43,727 nt of DNA from Octopus sinensis (lineage: Eukaryota): assembly GCF_006345805.1 (NCBI RefSeq), contig NW_021835055.1:1-43727 (forward strand), in the 5' to 3' direction. Shown piece after piece: positions 36,944 to 43,727 of the stretch. A program made the translations under genes and the position numbers. Positions within the stretch are counted from its first letter, which is position 1. Each line of letters begins with the position of its first letter. The notes under the pieces were generated by a model. That model saw only the letters and a list, made by a program, of their open reading frames with translations, was not told the origin of the DNA and made no database searches.

Positions 36944-37109
36944 CTTCACTGCTGCCGCTGCTGCTGCTGCCACTCCTGCTTCTCTTGTTCAATGGCATTG
37001 AGTCTGATGCTGTATTCTTGTTCTTACTGTACCAAATGTTTTTTCTTATTTGGTTACGGTGTTATATGTTTTTATTTATTTATTTGTTTATGTACTTGTT
37101 TATTTTTGT

Positions 37110-37111
37110 TT

Positions 37112-37201
<90 letters not shown>

Positions 37202-37346
37202 TCTCTCTCCATTCTGTCGCTGTTTTTCAATCCATCTGTTAATGTTGTTTAATATATACATCTCTGGTGACTAACGACACACCAGCTGCGCCCTCTAGCT
37301 GACAGCTGAGAAGTGATTTTTTTCTTTTTTTAATTTACAACTACTA

Positions 37347-37407
<61 letters not shown>

Positions 37408-37599
37408 CGGTGCCACCATACCACCATCACTACCACCACTAGCACCACCACCACCACCACCACCCCACCACTACTACTACTACTACTACTACCGGCGCCA
37501 TCACCATCACCACCACCACTACCACCCCACCTCCACCGCCGCAACCACAACCACCACAACCACCACTACCACCACCACCACTACTACCACCACCACCAT

Positions 37600-37636
<37 letters not shown>

Positions 37637-38032
37637 TTCCCCACTACCACCATCTCTATCACTACTACCACACCACCGTGACATCACAAAAACCACCACT
37701 ACCACCACCACTATCACCCCTACTACTACTACTACCCTTCCATCCAACAATACTCCTACGACTACTACTAACACCACCATCCTCACCTCTCCCACCAGCC
37801 TCGCCACCACAACCTCTCTATTACCAGACGAAAAAATGTACCTTATCATTCATTCCCGTACCCTAGGTCTCAGAAGAATTTTTATTCCCTATTAATATCA
37901 TTATTATTATTATTATTATTGTTGTTGTTGTTGTTGTTGCTATTATTATTATTGTTATTATTAATATTAGTATTATTATTATTATTGTTGTTGTTGCTGT
38001 TATTATTATTATTATTATCGTTATTATTATTA

Positions 38033-38075
<43 letters not shown>
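37110..38075. repeat. (CT)n, (ACT/ACC)n and (ATT/GTT)n microsatellites
   Basis: Direct inspection. Confidence 0.9.
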
Positions 38076-38526
38076 CTATATGGGTCGCCGCTATGTAAAT
38101 GTGGCAGCACACACCCTGCCCCGCCTCCCACTTTTGAGTCGATTACTGTTATTGTTTTTGTTTACAACCCCGCAGGCCATATATCAACTGTATACTTTTT
38201 TATTTTCATTCAAACGCGATGGATCTCCGTCGGTTTTAACGATGAGCATACAGTTGGTCGATCAATTGAAATACCCTTCAAATTAGGTTTTTACGTGTAA
38301 GCGGCTGAGTATTCCATAGATGTATGTAGTATCTTTTTTATTCGTTCACTTCTTCAACGTGAAGCATGAAGGCTGCGTTGTAGAGCTAAGACACGTCCAA
38401 CAATAAACGAATGAATGAAAGCAATTCGATGAGGCTGCCCTAACAAGAAGTGTGACAAGGTAGCAAAGCCACGATTCGATCTCTGGCAAACCTGGACTGA
38501 TATGTATAGCTCGATCCCAGGCAAAT

Positions 38527-38946
38527 ACTCCTTTATTCTTTTACTTGTTTCAGTAATTTGACTGTGGCCATGCTGGAGCACCGTCGGTAGTCGAGTAAAT
38601 TGACCTCAGGACTTATTCTTTGTAAGCCTAGTACTTATTCTATCGGTCTCTTTTGCCGAACCGCTAAGTTACGAGGACGTTAACACACCAGCATCGGTTG
38701 TCAAGCGATATTGAGAGAGGAGGACAAACACAGACACACAAACATAAACACACACACACACACATACATATACACATATACATATATACGACAGGCTTCT
38801 TTCTGTTTCCGTCTACCAAATCCACTCACAAGGATTTGGTCGGCCCGAGGCTATAATAGAAGATATTTGCCCAAGGTACCACGCAGTGGGACTGAACCCG
38901 TAACCAATGTGGTTCGTAAGCAAGCTAGTTACCACACAGCCACTCT
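38527..38946 (-). mobile_element. Near full-length SINE-A
   Basis: Head, internal microsatellite and tail present. Confidence 0.92.
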
Positions 38947-38974
38947 CAACACATCGCTATGATGCTTCCCCCAC

Positions 38975-39406
38975 TATTTCGTCCGTCGCTATGTTCTGAG
39001 TTCAAATTTCGCCGAAGCCGACTTTGCTTTTCATCCCTTTCTGGGTCGTTGAAATAAGTTCTAGTTATGCACTGAAATCGATGTATCGATCTGCCCTCTC
39101 CCCACAAAATTCCAGGCTTTGTGGCTATAGTAGAAATCATCATTATTATTATATCTATTATTATTATATTATTATTATTATATTATTTATTATTATTATT
39201 ATATTATTATTATTAATATTATTATTATTTATTTTATATTATTGTATTATTATTATTATTATTATTATTATCATTATTATTATTATTAATATATTATTAT
39301 TATTATATTATTATATTATTATATTACTATTACTATTATATATTATTTATTATTATTATTATTATTATATTATTGTTATTATTATTATTATTATTATTAC
39401 TATTAC

Positions 39407-39444
<38 letters not shown>

Positions 39445-39449
39445 TATTG

Positions 39450-39490
<41 letters not shown>

Positions 39491-39508
39491 TATTATTATT
39501 ATTATTAT
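38975..39508 (+). mobile_element. SINE-B alternative-tail copy (to ~39137) followed by long (ATT)n
   Basis: Core plus aaattccaggctttgtggctatagtagaaa. Confidence 0.75.
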
Positions 39509-39794
39509 CCTTGTTTCGGAAAGACTTGCCTTAAAGCAAGCCTCCTGTTTAAGTTGTTAGCTGCATTTGTTTTGTCTGACTCGGGATATTATACAAGTTG
39601 TGTTTGACAATAGTAAAGAGAAGAGCAATTATGATAACAGCAATGTACACAGATGTGTGATAATGGCTGTGGCAACATTAACAAAACAACAATAGCAACA
39701 GTCACACCAGCAACTGTAACAATAACAACAACAACAACAACAACAACAACAGCTATAACAACAGCAACAGCTGCATAACAGTATAACAGTAGTT

Positions 39795-40010
39795 ATGAAA
39801 AACTATATGAAAGCATTAAAAAAAATAATAATAATAAACTAGAATCTGGGCATTGAAAACAGAAACAATCCCTATAATAATAATAGATGTCTTGAGAATG
39901 ATTAAAAAAGATGCAAGACAGCATTAGCAAAATTCCAGGTCTTATTGTATATACATACCATACAGAAAAATAGTTCTTCTCAGCACTGCACGCATAGTTC
40001 TTTGAACAGT
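39795..40010 (+). mobile_element. Highly decayed R4/Dong-like LINE C-terminus
   Basis: Across frameshifts: TETIPIIIIDVLRMIKK...SKIPGL...KIVLLSTARIVL. Confidence 0.55.
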
Positions 40011-40142
40011 GCAAGACACATATAGGGTGTTCGGGCTAACTTTGACGATCTTTTATACCCTTTTTTGTTAGAAATTTCTTGATGTATTGGTGAACAGTCA
40101 ACGGCGTTGGAGGGCTTAAAGATTAAAGTTGTATTTGGCATG

Positions 40143-40415
40143 GAGATAAACAGCACATGACCTTGCAGGTGGGGCCCAGTTAGAATTTTTTCTTCTGGTC
40201 GAGTAACCCATTCCGCTCAAAAGGTCCCTGAATAAGGGTTGTTTAAGGATATTGAACAAAATACCTATGTTTCCAGAGGTGAATTATTCAGACCCCAAAG
40301 AATCCCTCTCAACACATGGCTATGATGCTCCCCCACTACTTCTGCTCGTGATCAGAGATGCACATATCGTCAGCCACTAAGGGACATGGTCAACTGGTTA
40401 AAGTCAAACAACTGA
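40143..40415 (-). mobile_element. Internal fragment of the 11932-12491 repeat
   Basis: Colinear with ~12082-12352. Confidence 0.85.
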
Positions 40416-40546
40416 GAAGTATTTCCCAAGGCATCCCAGAGCAGTGAAGTTTTGTATATCATAACATGCCAATTAAAACGTAGTTGGAACCTTGACAAGT
40501 GCTACTACCCCAGGTGAGAGTAGAACTAGGAACATTAATGTCTAAA

Positions 40547-41296
40547 GGCGGCGAGCTGGCAGAAACGTTAGCACGCCGGGCGAAATGCTTAGCGGTATTT
40601 CGTCTGGCGTTACGTTCTGAGTTCAAATTCCGCCGAGGTCGACTTTGCCTTTCATCCTTTCGGGGTCGATAAATTAAGTACCAGTTACGCACTGGGGTCG
40701 ATGTAATCGACTTAATACCTATGTCTGTCCTTGTTTGTCCCCTCTGTGTTTAGCCCCTTGTGGGTAATAAAGAAATAGGTATTTCGTCTGGCGTTACGTT
40801 CTGAGTTCAAATTCCGCCGAGGTCGACTTTGCCTTTCATCCTTTCGGGGTCGATAAATTAAGTACCAGTTACGCACTGGGGTCGATGTAATCGACTTAAT
40901 ACCTATGTCTGTCCTTGTTTGTCCCCTCTGTGTTAGCCCCTTGTGGGTAATAAAGAATAGGTATTCGTCTGGCGTTACGTTCTGAGTTCAAATTCCGCCG
41001 AGGTCGACTTGGCCTTTCATCCTTTGGGGTCGATAAATTAGTACCAGTTACGCACTGGGGTCGATGTAATCGACTTAATACCTATGTCTGTCCTTGTTTG
41101 TCCCCTCTGTGTTTAGCCCCTTGTGGGTAATAAAGAAATAGGTATTTCGTCTGGCGTTACGTTCTTGAGTTCAATTCCGCCGAGGTCGACTTTGCCTTTA
41201 TCCCTTCGGGGTCGATTAAATAGTACCAGTTTCGCACTGGGGTCGATATAATCAACTTAATCCGTTGTCTGTCACTTGTTTGTCCCCTCTGTGTTT
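40547..41296 (+). mobile_element. SINE-B tandem array 3: one head plus four units, the last truncated
   Basis: Unit starts at 40595, 40779, 40961, 41142. Confidence 0.95.
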
Positions 41297-41414
41297 GCAA
41301 CAAGTTGCAAACCCTTATTGTATAATTATATAAGTTTATTTACCGAATATGGTCCTTTTCACTCCGAAATATACTAGGTGAAATCTATTGATTTTATTAA
41401 ATTAAATTTCTCAC

Positions 41415-41424
41415 TCATATATCC

Positions 41425-41467
<43 letters not shown>

Positions 41468-42063
41468 GTGTGTGTGTGTTGTGTGTGGTGTTGTGTGTGA
41501 GTGCGTGCGTGCGTGTGTGTGTATGCGTATGTCTAAATGTATATGTATATAAATAAATAAATAAATAAATATATATATTATATATATGTGTATATCTGTA
41601 TGTATATGTGTGTGTGTGAGTGTGTGTAAGTATAATAATAGGAGGAATATGATATCCTGGCAGATATCGTATTTCCCTTCTATGTATGTATTATATATAT
41701 ATATATATATATATACGCACACTTACATACACACATACACACACACATCATATATATATATACGTATATGTACATATATATATATATTTATATATATATA
41801 TGTATGTATTTATATATGTGTGTGTGTGTGTGTTTATGTGCATTTATATCTGTTGTATATTCATATATATTTATAGGTATGTATGTATGTATGTATGTAT
41901 GTATGTATCTATCTATCTATCTGTCTGTCTGTCTATCTATCTAATATACACTTATATATTTATAATTCTCTTTTTTGGTGAAACATTGTAGCCTGCTGTT
42001 TACATTAATTTGTGTATATATTAATATATATATATATATTATATATATATATATATATAAACC

Positions 42064-42094
<31 letters not shown>

Positions 42095-42095
42095 A
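41415..42095. repeat. (TA)/(TG)/(TATG)/(TATC) microsatellite cluster
   Basis: Direct inspection. Confidence 0.9.
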
Positions 42096-42394
42096 GAGAA
42101 GGAGAGAATGAGGGAGAGAAAGACAGTGACAGAGACAGATACAATTAATTCAGGTTCAGGAGAAGGATGAAGACAGATGCCCAAGCTGTGTACGAACATA
42201 ATGCATTAGCATAACCTGGTTACCTTCTTCGATGACAAGTGTTTACACAAGATGAAAACTGCCCTACCTATTTCACAGTAACAGCCCTAAACTGCTGTCA
42301 ATAGCACCATTTTATATACATTGAATCTCCCTCTTGTCTTGCAAGTTTCAATTCAACACATTCTATATATATATATATGTCGAAGAATAAAACG

Positions 42395-42444
42395 GGTTTA
42401 CTGATGAAGTAATGGAAATAGCCGAAACTAATGCTGTAGTTAAC
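42395..42444 (+). ncRNA. Hammerhead-like motif with canonical core and weak stems I and II
   Basis: CTGATGA at 42401, GAAA at 42424, stem III acta/tagt, GUU triplet. Confidence 0.45.
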
Positions 42445-42629
42445 ACACATAGATAAAAACATACATTAACAGGTCTCTGAATCGTCTGATCCGAAAAATG
42501 CCGATCGTGAATTCTTAAGACTGACGTCAGTTTCGGCTATGTATATATATATATATATATATATTCATCGGTTTGATGCAGAGACAGGTAAATTATTTAG
42601 AAGATTGCTTTGGAGTTATGAGTTGATGG

Positions 42630-42845
42630 AAGGCGGTGCGCAGGTACAATCGCTAGTACGCCGGGCAAACTGCTTAGCGGCATTTTATCTGTCTACGTGC
42701 TCTGAGTCCAAATTCTAACGAGATCGACTTTGCCTTTCATCTTTCAGGGTCGATAAAATAAGCACCAGTTACGCACTGGGGTCGATGTAGTCGAGTTAGC
42801 CTCCATCCCAAAATTGCTGACCTTATGCTAAAATTTGAAACCATT
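42630..42845 (+). mobile_element. SINE-B alternative-tail copy with (ATT)n
   Basis: Head, core and aaatttgaaacc(att)n. Confidence 0.8.
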
Positions 42846-43070
42846 ATTATTATTATTGTTGCTGTCATTATTATTATTTATTATTGTTGTTGTCATTATT
42901 ATGTTATTATTATAGTTATCGCCATTATTTCTTATTATGTCCGCTTATAGCTGTTCTCTTTAGTAGTTATTATATTATTATTATATTATTATTATATTAT
43001 TATTATTACGATTATATCATCATCATCATAATAATGTTATTGTGAATTATTATTATTATTATTATTATTA

Positions 43071-43126
<56 letters not shown>

Positions 43127-43142
43127 TATTATTATTATTACA

Positions 43143-43199
43143 TTGCCTTTGCACAGCTTCTAACGCTGGAGATGTACTGCAGTGTCAGCTGTTCACTAC
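43143..43199 (-). mobile_element. R4/Dong 3' UTR remnant next to (TAA)n
   Basis: Matches ~13262-13318. Confidence 0.8.
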
Positions 43200-43672
43200 A
43201 AAATAGGTACTAGTTGAGCACTGGTATTGATGTAATCGAACTAACCCCATCTCCCAAAATTACGGTCCTTGTTCCTGTAATAAAAAAAGCATTATTATTA
43301 TGATATTATTATAACACTGAGCTGACAGAATGTTTATCGCGCAGGAGGAAATGATCAGCGGCACTTTTTCTGCCTTATTATGAATTCAAATTCAGCCAAG
43401 GTGGACTTCGTATTTTCTCCTTTAGGAAAAAATTTTTTAAATGGCGGTGAGCTGACAGAATCGTTAGCGCATCGGACAGAAATGCATGCGGCATTTCGTC
43501 TTTACGCTCTCAGCTCAAATTCCGTCACTGTCGGTTTTGCCTTTTATCCTTTCGGTATCGATTAAATAGCTACCAGTCGAGCACTGGGGTCGAAGTATTC
43601 AACTTACAACCTTCCTCAAGACAGCTGGCGTTGTGCCAAAATTTGAAAGCCCTATTACTATTATTATTATTA

Positions 43673-43712
<40 letters not shown>

Positions 43713-43727
43713 TTTATTATTATTATT
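43200..43727 (+). mobile_element. Cluster of three diverged SINE-B fragments ending in (ATT)n
   Basis: Fragments at ~43200-43290, ~43315-43425 and ~43443-43652. Confidence 0.7.

Noticed and set aside
40021-40050. Mariner-like TIR start tatagggtgttc
   Set aside because: No matching second TIR or transposase found

Overview
Eukaryotic, AT-rich, almost entirely repetitive DNA with no supportable host protein-coding gene; nearly all ORF-track entries are translations of microsatellites or SINEs. The SINE families look like those I recall from Octopus (cephalopod) genomes, which is recall and needs a search to confirm. SINE-A to SINE-D are my own working labels. Contents: more than 30 tRNA-derived SINE copies, three tandem arrays of a 184-bp headless SINE unit, and a decayed Penelope-like (Naiad-type) reverse transcriptase. 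There are also R4/Dong and RTE LINE 3' ends, a deleted Tc1/mariner with nested insertions, MITEs, probable Helitron/HINE remnants, foldbacks, a 90-bp mucin-like minisatellite and many microsatellites. Two signals stand out. (1) Several unrelated islands embedded in (TA)n tracts carry type I hammerhead-ribozyme motifs, most with palindromic stem III, and some carry inverted ends. (2) Three independent SINE concatemers share one self-complementary junction. All structures were read by eye; no folding or database search was run.
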